A stretch of 64,000 nucleotides of DNA from the NCBI GenBank assembly GCA_036630325.1, contig CP142727.1, positions 1,054,001-1,118,000 of the forward strand, written 5' to 3'. The notes beneath the pieces are model-generated. The model did no database searches and was not told the origin of the DNA. It saw only the letters and a list, made by a program, of their open reading frames with translations. Shown here piece after piece: positions 50,172 to 61,566 of this stretch. Source of the stretch: Vairimorpha necatrix (taxonomy: Eukaryota). Position 1 is the stretch's first letter, and every line of letters starts with the position of its first letter. The position numbers and the translations under genes were made by a program.

Positions 50172-52123
50172 ATTGGGATACGTCTGGTTCTATTATTTAT
50201 AATTCAAATATTAATTAAAGTTCTGCATCAACACTACACATTCTTTATGAATTAATGATATGATTAAAATGCATTTGACTATCTAGGTTACAAAAAAAAC
50301 ATGAAACTACACTCGTTGATCTGTAGTTCTTAACTCTTTATTTAATATGTATAACGAAAAACATTTTTTACTTTCTATTTTTACAAAAAAAAATTTAATT
50401 CACTTTCAAGACTATAATATTTCTCTTTACGAATTCTGGGTAAAATAGGTTTACTATATTTAGAAGATAAATGAGAAAAAGGTTTAATTTATTTTTTCCA
50501 TATAATTAGAATATAATACAATTAAAGCAATATTCTAAATATAAAGACAATCACATGGAGAAATTCAATATATGAATATTAGTTAGTTCCACTTTTTTAT
50601 TTTAATTTATCAAAAAATAAATTTATACGACGTTTTATTGACTCATTGATTTTATTAATGTGGACGGCGGATAGTCCAGATATCATGATTGGTAATTCTA
50701 ATCGGTAAAACGTCTCAGTCTGAAACAACGTTTCAGAAATAAATATAAATACCTTTTTGGAATAACAATCATGGGTAAAAATAAATACAATTCAACTAAA
50801 TCTCATATTTCGTCTAACGTCAACATATTAAATTAACAAATAAATCATTTAAATGACATTTAGAAACAAACAGAGTTGCACGAAAAAACAGAAAAAATAA
50901 TTTAAAGTATACACCAATAACAACCCCTTTCTTCATTGGTAGATTATAAAACCAATTACATTTGAATTTAAAAGTAACACGACAAAAAAATTTATTATAT
51001 GGAATAAATGTTATACTACCAATATTCTCGTAGTAATACTTGCCTCGATTGGAATTGCACACTATAGTAGCTAGAGTATTCAATTCCTATTACAATCACC
51101 CCCTAGAAAAAGCAACCCTTGTTGTTTTTTAAACATGATAATCTCAAACGGTTTTGCAACTTCTTCCTTTTGCCGTAAGTTGCAATGAGAATTATTATAC
51201 TAATTTTCAATTTTGCCACATCTCGCACTATATGAGTCATATAATCAGTACTGCTGACTAAATTTAAAATATGATTCGTTTTCTAATATAACAATATCTA
51301 TTTCATTCTTTTAATCAAGTATGGTATTATTCTCTTAACAAAGATGTACTGCGATTTTAATTCTTTCTCAATATATGATTCTCAAAAGGAATTAAAAAAT
51401 GACTTTTTAGCTAACGGAATGGCACTGAAGTAAATGTAGATGTTGAACTTAAATTGCACATAAAAGAATCTATATGACAAAATTTCTAACTGAGATAGCT
51501 TTCGAGGTAGAAAATACACTAAGATATACTAGAACAATCAAATGATTGTTTTCCGTATATGTAACTACTTTCGCTAAATCATAAAAAAACATCATAGCTT
51601 AAGCGTATAACTAAAAAATGAAAATGTCTAATTTGATCAATAAACAAAATTAAAATACATAAAGATTAAATAAAAATATAATAGCCAAAATAAATATAAT
51701 ATGTTATATGAAAAATGACATCACTCTAAAAATAAGCCTAATCTTTTATATGAATTATCTTCTACCACTTTAATGTTAATAATGTGTTGTCTGGTTTTGG
51801 GTTCTTCATAAATATATTTCAGGCTCCTTAAAATCATTTTATAATCATCATTATCAAATACTTGTGTGACTTTACATGTTTCCTGATCGTCGATTTTGAT
51901 AGTCATTATATAAGATAACACAGTTTTTAATTTATGTTGGTTTAGTTCTTTTACATTAAAATTAAAACATAAAAGAGAATTATAAATTTTTTTGGTTTGA
52001 TTCGCTAAAGATTTCAATAATTCATAAATTACTTTTTCTTTTCCGTGATATGTAATCTTGAGACCAGTCATATTTAGTGAGTGCCAATATATCTCGAATC
52101 TCAAATCTTTTTTAGTTATTTCA

Positions 52124-52161
52124 TGTTAACCATTTATTTATTAAGGGTTCTAAACCCTACA
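52124..52161 (-). repeat. 3' LTR (38 bp)
   Basis: Minus strand TGTAGGGTTTAGAACCCTTAATAAATAAATGGTTAACA; contains the ORF stop codon. Confidence 0.95.
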
Positions 52162-55100
52162 TCCCCCCTCCAGACGGGTAGTCTCTCCATCTTCTAAACA
52201 ACTCTTCCTTATCTCTTTCAAATCATAATGCCTCTTTTTAACAATTTTACCATCCAGTAGTCTCACAATATATGAATCATTTTCACTTATAGCTACGATC
52301 CTTCCGCGACCCGTGAATCTTCCCTTGTCTGTTTTCGCACGTGTACCTAAATTTTCTCTTCTAGCGATTCTTACCTCTTGGCCTACTGTAAATGTCTCTC
52401 TGTGTCTTCTCTTGAACCGACCAGCATATTTTCCATTTTCATCATTTTCAATTATAACTTCAGCAGTTTGATCTCTCCACGCTTCCATCGGCGTACATTT
52501 TATTGCTGTATGTAGTGTATTATTATATCCTTTGATTGCTCTTTCTATCTTTTCAGAAATATTCCCATCATTTTGCTTTATCAATGTCTCTCTTATAGTT
52601 CTGATGCATCTCTCGATTCTACCATTACTCCTATGAGCTTCTAAGCCCACTTTCCTATGTTTAATATCATTAATACTACACCATTCTTTAAATCTATTAC
52701 TTACAAACTCTTTTCCGTTATCTGTCACATATTCCTCTGGAAATCCATCTTCCCTTATCCACTTTTGTAATACCTCTATAACTTCACTACTCTCTTTACA
52801 TCTCAAATTCGAACCCCACAACCTTCTAGTAAAGTAATCAATACCCAGTAACACATACCTATTCTCTCCACCTATGTCCATTAAATCCAACGCCACTTTC
52901 TCCAATTTCTTTCTAGTTACTACGAAATCACATCCTCCTGTGTTTTTCCTATTGTTAATCCCACATATTTCACAATTCTTAATTACCTTATTAATATGAT
53001 CTTTTATACCAGGCCAATACCATCTTTGTTTAATGTTATAATAAGTGCCTTTGACACCTCTATGGTTTAACTCCTCATGTACTCTTGTTATTTCATGTTC
53101 TCTACTATCTAGGCTCAATATCTCTTTCACCTCACCTGTGGAAAATTCCCAATACTGTTTACCGTCCTTTTCTTTAATATGTTTCTGCTTTTTTCCCAAA
53201 ATTTGTTTTTCGATCACTTCTTTTCTCTTGTTGTCCTTTTCTTTTTGTTCATCCGACACTTCTACCTGATCATACTGCCTACTTAACGCATCTGCATCTG
53301 TCATCAACTCCCCTTTCACATACTCTATTGTAAAGTCAAACTCTTGTATCTGTTCTACCCATCTGTTTATTCTGTTATTATTGAAGTATGGCTTATTTCT
53401 GATCTCTGCTAATGCTTTATGATCCGTCATCAAATGAAATTTCCTTCCTCTCAAATCACTTTCAAACTTCTTTATTCCAAAAAACACCGCCAACATCTCC
53501 TTCTCACTTATCGTATATCTTCGCTCGGTAGGAGTCAACATTTTCGATGCCCATTGTATCGGAATCCACTCACCCTCTTTATTTTCTTGTAATAGAATTG
53601 CTCCGATCCCCGTATCACACGCATCAGTTCTTACTCTAAATAGCTTTTTCCCGTCCGGAATCTTCAATTTTTTCATATCTCTCAAGCCTTGCTTCATATC
53701 CTCAAAAGCTCTTTCCATATCCTCCGTCCAATTCCACTTAACATCTTTCTTTAAAGCCTCAGTAAGCCTTACTGTTCTATACGCATAGTTGGGAATAAAG
53801 TCTCTAAACCAACCAGTTAGTCCTAAAAATCTTCTTAACTCTCTAACATTCTCAGGTTTTCTATATTCCAATGTCTCCTGCTTTTTAATCTCATTCGGTC
53901 CCATGACCTCCCCATTAATTGTTACTCCCAGCAACATCACCTCATCTTTTTTGTATTGTATCTTTGTTTGGTTTATTCTCAACCCACACTCTTTAAACTT
54001 TTTAATTACCCTCTCTAGTAACTCGTCATGCACTCTTACGTCTTTACCATGAATAACTATATCATCCATATATACTTCCACGCCTTTACCTCTGAATTCA
54101 TCTAAAACTCTGTTCATTACTCTCTGCATTATATGAGGCGAATTCTTAAACCCCATAACCATACTATTCCATTCGTATACTCGACCATTCACTTCAAATG
54201 CTGTTTTGTGCTTATGGTGCTCCTCAATCTCAATATGATAAAACCCTTCTTTTAAGTCGATAACCGTAAATACTTTTGACCCCTGTGTGGCTCTCATAAT
54301 ATCCTTAATTAACGGTAGTGAGTACGGGTCCTTGTCAACCAAATCGTTTAACGCCATCAAATTGCTTACCAATCTTACGTCCCCATTTGGTTTTTCAAGT
54401 GCTCTTATTGGACTCCTCCACTCACTTTTGGAACGTCTTATAACCCCTCTATTTTCCAACTTATTCAAGTACTCCTCAAATTTCACCCTAAGGTAGTATG
54501 GCACATTCTGCCCTCTTTTCACAACCTTTTCACCTTGCTTAGTATTTATTGGACACTTCTCTCCTGTGAGATATTTTATCTTTTCTTCTGATTCTTTAAA
54601 AACTTCCGGATACTTTTCAATTAAATTTTCTAACTTATTTACTGTTTTACATCTTTTCCCTTCATTGTTGATAATTGGTTCTTTCTGTAAAACTTGTTCC
54701 TTTTTAATTTTATATTTTTCCCTACCAGCTACACTTTCATGACATTCTCTAGCGTAATGCCTTTCTTTCTTACATATAAAACATTTTGTAGTTTCTCTGA
54801 TTTCTCTTCTTTTCCTATACATCCTAAGATTTTCTTTTCTTTCTTCCCTAAACTCTTTCAACACTTTATCCATAATCTCTTTAATCATTTCTTGTCTTTC
54901 TTCTGACTCTCTCTCAAATTCTGCTCCTTTTTGTAAGCCTTTATAAATTTCCTCCCAACTGCTCCTTCCGTCACAAAAATTTTCAAAAATATAATCCTGC
55001 AAGTTCGCAGATGCCAAATCCATAACATCTTTCCACTCAACTTTCTCAACTTTCAATATTAACTTTAGTCTCTTATCTATCCTAATTGCCTCTTTCTCTA

Positions 55101-55170
55101 ATGTTCTAGCCTCTTGACTACGGGACTCTCTTGTTTCCCTGTTCATCCTTGTGTTCGCCATGTTAACCAT
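52150..55170 (-). CDS. Gag(CCHC)-RT-RNaseH-integrase polyprotein (1006 aa), no recognisable protease
   Basis: CFICKKERHYAREC; DLKEGFYH, MGFKNSP, YMDD; TDACDTG, EKEML, TDH; HEELNH...CEIC, LDLMD, TDNGKEF, NGRIER. Confidence 0.95.
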   Translation of the reverse strand: MVNMANTRMNRETRESRSQEARTLEKEAIRIDKRLKLILKVEKVEWKDVMDLASANLQDYIFENFCDGRSSWEEIYKGLQKGAEFERESEERQEMIKEIMDKVLKEFREERKENLRMYRKRREIRETTKCFICKKERHYARECHESVAGREKYKIKKEQVLQKEPIINNEGKRCKTVNKLENLIEKYPEVFKESEEKIKYLTGEKCPINTKQGEKVVKRGQNVPYYLRVKFEEYLNKLENRGVIRRSKSEWRSPIRALEKPNGDVRLVSNLMALNDLVDKDPYSLPLIKDIMRATQGSKVFTVIDLKEGFYHIEIEEHHKHKTAFEVNGRVYEWNSMVMGFKNSPHIMQRVMNRVLDEFRGKGVEVYMDDIVIHGKDVRVHDELLERVIKKFKECGLRINQTKIQYKKDEVMLLGVTINGEVMGPNEIKKQETLEYRKPENVRELRRFLGLTGWFRDFIPNYAYRTVRLTEALKKDVKWNWTEDMERAFEDMKQGLRDMKKLKIPDGKKLFRVRTDACDTGIGAILLQENKEGEWIPIQWASKMLTPTERRYTISEKEMLAVFFGIKKFESDLRGRKFHLMTDHKALAEIRNKPYFNNNRINRWVEQIQEFDFTIEYVKGELMTDADALSRQYDQVEVSDEQKEKDNKRKEVIEKQILGKKQKHIKEKDGKQYWEFSTGEVKEILSLDSREHEITRVHEELNHRGVKGTYYNIKQRWYWPGIKDHINKVIKNCEICGINNRKNTGGCDFVVTRKKLEKVALDLMDIGGENRYVLLGIDYFTRRLWGSNLRCKESSEVIEVLQKWIREDGFPEEYVTDNGKEFVSNRFKEWCSINDIKHRKVGLEAHRSNGRIERCIRTIRETLIKQNDGNISEKIERAIKGYNNTLHTAIKCTPMEAWRDQTAEVIIENDENGKYAGRFKRRHRETFTVGQEVRIARRENLGTRAKTDKGRFTGRGRIVAISENDSYIVRLLDGKIVKKRHYDLKEIRKSCLEDGETTRLEGGCRV

Positions 55171-55198
55171 TTATTTATTAAGGGTTCTAAACCCTACA
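55161..55198 (-). repeat. 5' LTR (38 bp)
   Basis: Identical to 52124-52161; contains CCC, AATAAA and the ORF's first ATG. Confidence 0.95.
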
Positions 55199-57689
55199 TT
55201 TCATATCTATTATTTTTATTAACACCGGGCCAGTTCGGTTGACTTTTAATAGGAAATATCATATTACTCAAAATACTATCATAAAGTAATTTTGCCATTA
55301 GTTCTGCAATAAGGAAATCATAAGTTTTATATGTTATTGTAGTACTATCTTGAAAAAGTACTCTACGACAATGTTTACGATCTTCATACAAAATATCGGC
55401 CTGATCACTTCCTTCTATTGTCCAATTAGTTAAAATTTCAGTTACGGTATTGTTTATAACTCGTTTTAGATTTAAGAAAACTAAAGCTGTATTTAGAAAC
55501 ATCATAACCCTCCATATTAATTTTTAAATGTACAAATAAATCTATTACACTAGAATGATAAATTTTTTTTTAAGATTCACAACAAATTAGCTTATGATGT
55601 TTTGTTTAAACACTTTGTTTGTTAATGTTGTATATCTGACTTACTTAATATTCTTGTTGACTCAAATAAACAAAACTTAAATATTATAATTATGTAATTC
55701 GCAATTCTTCGTATGTATAGAGAGTTAAGAAGTCCTTCATATTATGAAAAAATAGATTAAAAACATTAAAATGTCAATTGAGTTAGAAAAGTGTTGAATA
55801 TGAATATTTTAGATTAATTTTTATAAGTTCAGAAACCCCAAATGTTGAAATGATGGCTCATGCTTATTCAGACCTAATTCAATACCAACTATGTATAATT
55901 TCTAATATGTATATAAATATTATCAAGTTTTTTTAATCAGTTTGCGCAATACACTACATAAATAAATTTTTTTGTAAGAGGTATATATTGTAATAAATTT
56001 GTAATGATATGTAGAATATTAAGTCCAAATTATAAATTTCCAATATTTTTTGAATGTATGACTTTTTCGTTAACTTTTAAAATAATAATTAGAGAAATTC
56101 TAGAAAATTATATCATTCAAAAAGCTTGTCGATTTTGTGATTATATAATTTCATCAAGACTTTTAGACATAAATAGTAAGTTCAAGTCAATTTTAATCCG
56201 GAAACCTAGTCAATACCGTACATTTGTATTTTATAAAATAAAAGTTTACTTTTCTTCTATATAGCACGACTAGATGACTACAAGATTTTAGATTTTAATA
56301 AGGCAAGTACATAAAGGAAAGCAAGTCTACAAGTTAATATAGCTTACGCTAAGATTAGAATAAAACCACGATAATTTTTCATAGAAAACATAAAAGATAA
56401 AATCTATGACCAACATGCACACACATTAAAAACTCTGATCTTTACACAATTAGAGAAGATCAAGAGAAATATTCATTTCTTAAGGACATATATAAAAGTG
56501 TTAAACAATTTATAAATATTAAGAGACATGGATTTTTCTTTATTGCAAGACTTCATTCATTTCCAGCATTCTTTACGAAGTTAAAAAACCACTGCTTTTA
56601 TACCTTGTTTTCAAGTTGGCGTGGTAAATAAAAACTTCCTATTAAGAATCTGTTGTTAATGCCTGTCTTTTCACGATGAAAAAAAATAGATTATAAACAT
56701 TTTGATATAGGGAAATACGGAATCTAAAAATAAAATAAAACTTTAGTACATATAATTGATGAAATAATAAGATTTAAACAATTTAAACCATATATATATG
56801 AGTACTTAAATTTGGATCGGAGCTATTGAAAAAGATACATTTATTTTTATCTTCTTAGAATAGCCGAACATAAATAGGCTTAAACATTTGGGTTTGCCGA
56901 TTTTATTGTTTAGAAAACAGTATTCTATGTAGAAAAAAGTGGTGACAATTTGGTTATCAAATAAAAGTTTTAAAATAAAAATTGTCTAAAACACCCTTTT
57001 ACTAGTTCATATTGTTAATACATTTACCTTTACAAAGCAAAAAGTTTGACACAAACTTCTAAATTTTTTTTTCAATGTAAATATCTAGTGCGCAACATAA
57101 TAAATTAACAGACAATAAATAAGACGACAATATTTTTAAATTTTTAAATCTAAGGATATACCTTGTAATACATATTCGACTAAAATTTATAGATTACTAT
57201 AACAATTTGTCTTCTTTGTAAATTATTCTATGATAGGAACATTATTTATATCTCAATTCATTTTCTTGGAGACACCAAAACATTATCTTAATTCTATTGA
57301 AATTTACTTATATTTAAACAAATAATTTAAATAAAAATGAAGACCGTCATAATTTCTATTTTCTTACTTTTTTATAAAGTCTGTTTATTTCGGTAATGTA
57401 CCGGTAAAAAAAAATTATTAACACGTTGTTGCAGTGGGTCGTTTTTGAAATTTCTGGTTCGAGTCAGCGTCACTCGCTTTCAAAATTGTTCAGAAATAAT
57501 GAAATAACACAAATTTATTTTTCGAAATAAATATAGACATCAAACACAACTAACATAAATAAATACTTTAAATTAATATTTAATTTTTTTTGCTTAATAA
57601 AGTCTTAAAATCCAACAATTATTTTATTCAGATTATAAAAATGACAATATAGATACATAATAGTACATAAAGTATATGATAATTAAGAC

Positions 57690-58270
57690 ACAAAATAAGA
57701 TCTACCAAGAAAGTAGTTGTGCTGGGCCGACCATTCCTTTTACGGTACCTATATTGGATGATATGCAGTCAAATAGATAAATTTTTCTTCAAATTGGCTT
57801 TTAGAAAACTATAAACTTATTAATTTAGCTTCAAGTAGAAAGAATATATTGGAAGATTACAAAATTGGTTCATTATGTAATTCCGCAAAAAGATTTAAAG
57901 TATCTTTTGGGCCAAAAGGTTATTTTATATAAAACACCCTTTAGTGTTCAAAACATTAAAAAAATGTAAATGCGTTATTTATATAATTCTATCCTCTAAA
58001 TTCAATATTGATATCTGATTTGCTCTGCGGATTAACTATAGAAAAAAGGACAAGGTATTTATAAGACATGAGGCCATTAAAGTAAAATGATGTAATAAAA
58101 ATAAATATTGGTTGTCTGTTGATGAAAAAACGACAACAGTATCATAAAAACAATTCTTCTTATAACTCTACATAAATGTCCATAGTGTTAAAACTATTAG
58201 AATATTGGTTCTATCCCTTATTATGGTTTTTTTATCATATGTAACCCTTAAAACCGATTGTATTTGAATT
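57690..58270 (-). pseudogene. Very old RT relic (gypsy-like)
   Basis: Fragment PFGPK (cf. PFGLK) preceded by T.KG.. and followed by GMVG...-like remnants; heavily decayed. Confidence 0.3.
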
Positions 58271-58791
58271 GTGAAATCAGCTTCTAGTACAATTACTTGT
58301 TTTGAGAAGTATGATAAATATCAAATAACTTCTACATATCTTATACCTTTAGCATTAATTATTAAACTTCTATTCTGGCTTATTCCGCCTTTTCTTTACA
58401 TAGGACTATTACTAACTAATTTTTTTCATTTTGATATTCACTGTCGGCAATATACGTCTTTTTAATTTTGACTTTAAATTTTTTTATTGGCATATATTTT
58501 GATTATTTTCATAATTTTACGTTTAATTTAGTAAATTACAAAAAAATAATATATTTAGGGATTACTAAATAATTTCGTGCTAAATCTTTACTTATAGCAG
58601 AAACGTAAAATGAAGTATATTTGTTCTTTTGCCTCTAATAAATTTAATTGCTTTATCAATATGTCAATAATCTTACTATGAATAATAGATTTAAGAAACA
58701 GATGTTTAATCAAATTATTAATTAAAGAAAATAACAAGTTACTTAGTTATATTATATTTAATTTACCATGCGATTAAAAAATAAGTAAGGA

Positions 58792-59532
58792 CTAATTTAA
58801 ACAATACACATTGTTTTGTCTGCTTAATTGAGAATTTTGAACATCTAAGATATCAATTTGTAAATTATCAAAGGACATATTAGAAACACAATTATGTATT
58901 ATGGCGATATTATTGTCGGTAACATATCTGATTTCTTTCTTTATGTTTTGAAAATTTCTTCTTGAAAAAACTCTTGTTACTTTATAACTAATAAAACTCT
59001 CCAATTTAATATCAATTTTATTCGACAAAACTAGTTTTATATGAAAAAGATTGAGTTTTTGTTTTCTAAAATTAAGACACACTATATCATTATATAATGC
59101 ACGAGTTTCGTCAGCAAGCGATAATAATATTTCGTAAATTACTGCTTTTTTTCCTATATTAAAAAAAAAGAAAAGAGGATCTTTCAATGACCTATATAAA
59201 TTTCAAACTTCAGGTCTCGTTTTAAGATTTCATATTTCTTTTTATTTCGTTCTTTAGGCCAGTCAGATTTCATTTTTATTGGAAAGTTCAAATTTTCTAA
59301 AAGTAAATCAAAAAAAAACTTTAGCTATTGCTTCTGCTTGCGAATTATTATAATTATCAAATATTTGATTATGGTTTGTAAAAAATAATTGTTCATGGCA
59401 ATTATCATTCTCTATTTTTATTTTAGTAATTTTTTCATTTTTAACTTCCGCGTCATAATTTTTTCCCTTGGTTGTGGGATGAGTTTTGACTTTCTGGAAA
59501 TCCAGAACTAATAAAAAATGTTTCAAAATCAT
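58792..59532 (-). pseudogene. Family A secreted-protein gene with frameshifts
   Basis: CCCC-ATG start and signal-like N-terminus. Across frameshifts it reads NFPIK..SDWPKERNKKKYEILKRDLKFEIY then GKKAVIYEILLSLADETRALY. Confidence 0.75.
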
Positions 59533-61566
59533 TCTTGGGGTATTTTTTAATATTTTATTTAAAGAAAATCATTAAATTACCATTAAACCAAAATTAATAA
59601 ATTTGTAGGCTTTTCAAAACATTAATAGTATTTGAATTAAATATAAAAAATTTATTTTAAAACAGTACATCGCTTGTAAATTTTTATTTTAAGAAGTCTA
59701 TATCTATTTTAAAATACTTTATGTAAGCAATTAGAGAAAATTTAAAACTGTTACATATTCGTGATTATAGTTTAGTATGTTAATTAATATTTACCAACTT
59801 AAAATAATTTATTAAAGAGACTAAATGTAATCAGTTAAAAAATAAGATTCTAAAACGTTTTGATGAAATAATTTAAAAAAATAGTACACAAATATTTAAA
59901 AAAATTAAGTTTTAATAAAATTTTTAAATGAACACGCAATATTGCATGTTTTTTTCAAAACAAAACAATAGAAATACTAAAGTAGTTTTTTATTTTCAAC
60001 TTATTGTATTTAGGATCAAAACGACAATTAATATACACATTAATTAAATTAAAATATAATGTACATATCATTAGGTACCTCAATTAAATAATATTTTTAT
60101 GGTAATTTTAAAGCCTATAATAACGAAATAATTATTTATATTACAATAATTTGATGATTATTTTTAATTTAATATACTTCTAAAAAATCATTATAAAATA
60201 TAATTTTCAGCTACAATTAATCAAATTTCGAATTATATAGATATTCAATATTTTTAAGTCATTACACAAGGCCGAATTGCAAAATACGTTTATATCATGG
60301 AAAATATCTTTACAAAAAAATAATTTTGCTTTATATAAAAGGATCAAAACAAAAACTTACTAATTATATGTATTATTATTACATTTCCTAAACTATTTTG
60401 ATTCCATAAGCTAATTTACTAAAATATAAGGATATTTAGACATTAAAACGAAGATATAACATTTCAACTTAATGTTATAAACATATACAGCAAAGATAAA
60501 AGATTGAATTCAGATATTTTTAGTCTTAGTAATGATCATTTGAAAATCTTGAATAAATAATGCCCAAGTGAATAACAGAAATGACATACTCATTTAGTAC
60601 CACAAAATATAGCATACTATGTACCTATACCTGGCCGAATCATGGCGTGTTCCCTTCGACCTCCAAGTAGACCCAGAGAATATTCGTATAATTTTCAAAA
60701 TCGGATACTAGTAAAAATCAAAAAGCCGATTTAGGTGATTTTTTCATAACTATTATTTCTAAGTAATGTAAAAAATGAAACTAAAAATTTTGAAAAAAAA
60801 GTTTATTCAAGTTCATATGGGGTAAAAATTATGCAGAATGTATTAAAATTACAACGTATGCTTAGGATGATAAGATTTTTTGAAATTTTTTTTTAATTTA
60901 CAAATTGTCCGATTTCTTCGGTATACTTTAAGATTTTTTTAGCATTATCAGTAAATGTAACGCCTTCAGTACTTTATGTTAAGGCTTCGTATGATATCAT
61001 ATGGGATACTCTGTTTAATGTTATCCCATCTCGGGTCATATTGCATGATCGCGATCTTCAAGTTAAGACAATCGAGTATATTTTACAAATATAACTTTAA
61101 ATTTAAGGATTTTTTTTTGTAAGTTTTTCATTAAATCACATTATTTCAGTCACTTCTTTTTTTTATTTTTTAACATAAATGGGTGCTTTATTTTTTCTTT
61201 TTGATTTTTAATAAAATTCAATTAAAAATTCAAATGATGACTATTGTTTTTATTTGGAGATAAGTATTGATAGTCTGTAACAAATAAATCATAAACGCCT
61301 GTAATAGGGTCTCTCGGCTGTAATAATTGAAAAAATATTAAGAAATGATATGTAAAAAGTTCTAGCTTTGACACTAATTACAAAATGACTCACTGGATAA
61401 AGTAGATAACAAGAAAATTTTATTATAGGTGTATAGTTTGGAATGCCTCATTATAAATAAACTCACGAAATATCACAATAGAGTGGGTATACATGGATAT
61501 TTAATTACTCCAATACAATTATAAAAATAGTTTATTATGAATTTCTAATTTCGAATTCGTATCAAA

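Larger units (their letters stand above)
52124..55198 (-). mobile_element. Intact minimal Ty3/gypsy LTR retrotransposon (3075 bp)
   Basis: Identical 38-bp TG...CA LTRs, TSD TTTCA (52119-52123, 55199-55203), PBS TGGCGAACAC directly after the 5' LTR, PPT GGAGGGGGGA directly before the 3' LTR. Confidence 0.97.
51721..55505 (-). pseudogene. Family A secreted-protein gene split by retrotransposon insertion (5' part 55505-55199, 3' part 52118-51721)
   Basis: Removing the element and one TSD gives an in-frame join ...NNRYE-ITKKDLRFEIYW..., 705 nt / 234 aa with no other stops. Homologous to 4529-5257. Confidence 0.9.

Noticed and set aside
52140-52161. TAGGGTTTAG in the LTR resembling telomeric repeats
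   Set aside because: Fewer than two units, explained by the LTR hairpin, and absent from the other copies' LTRs.
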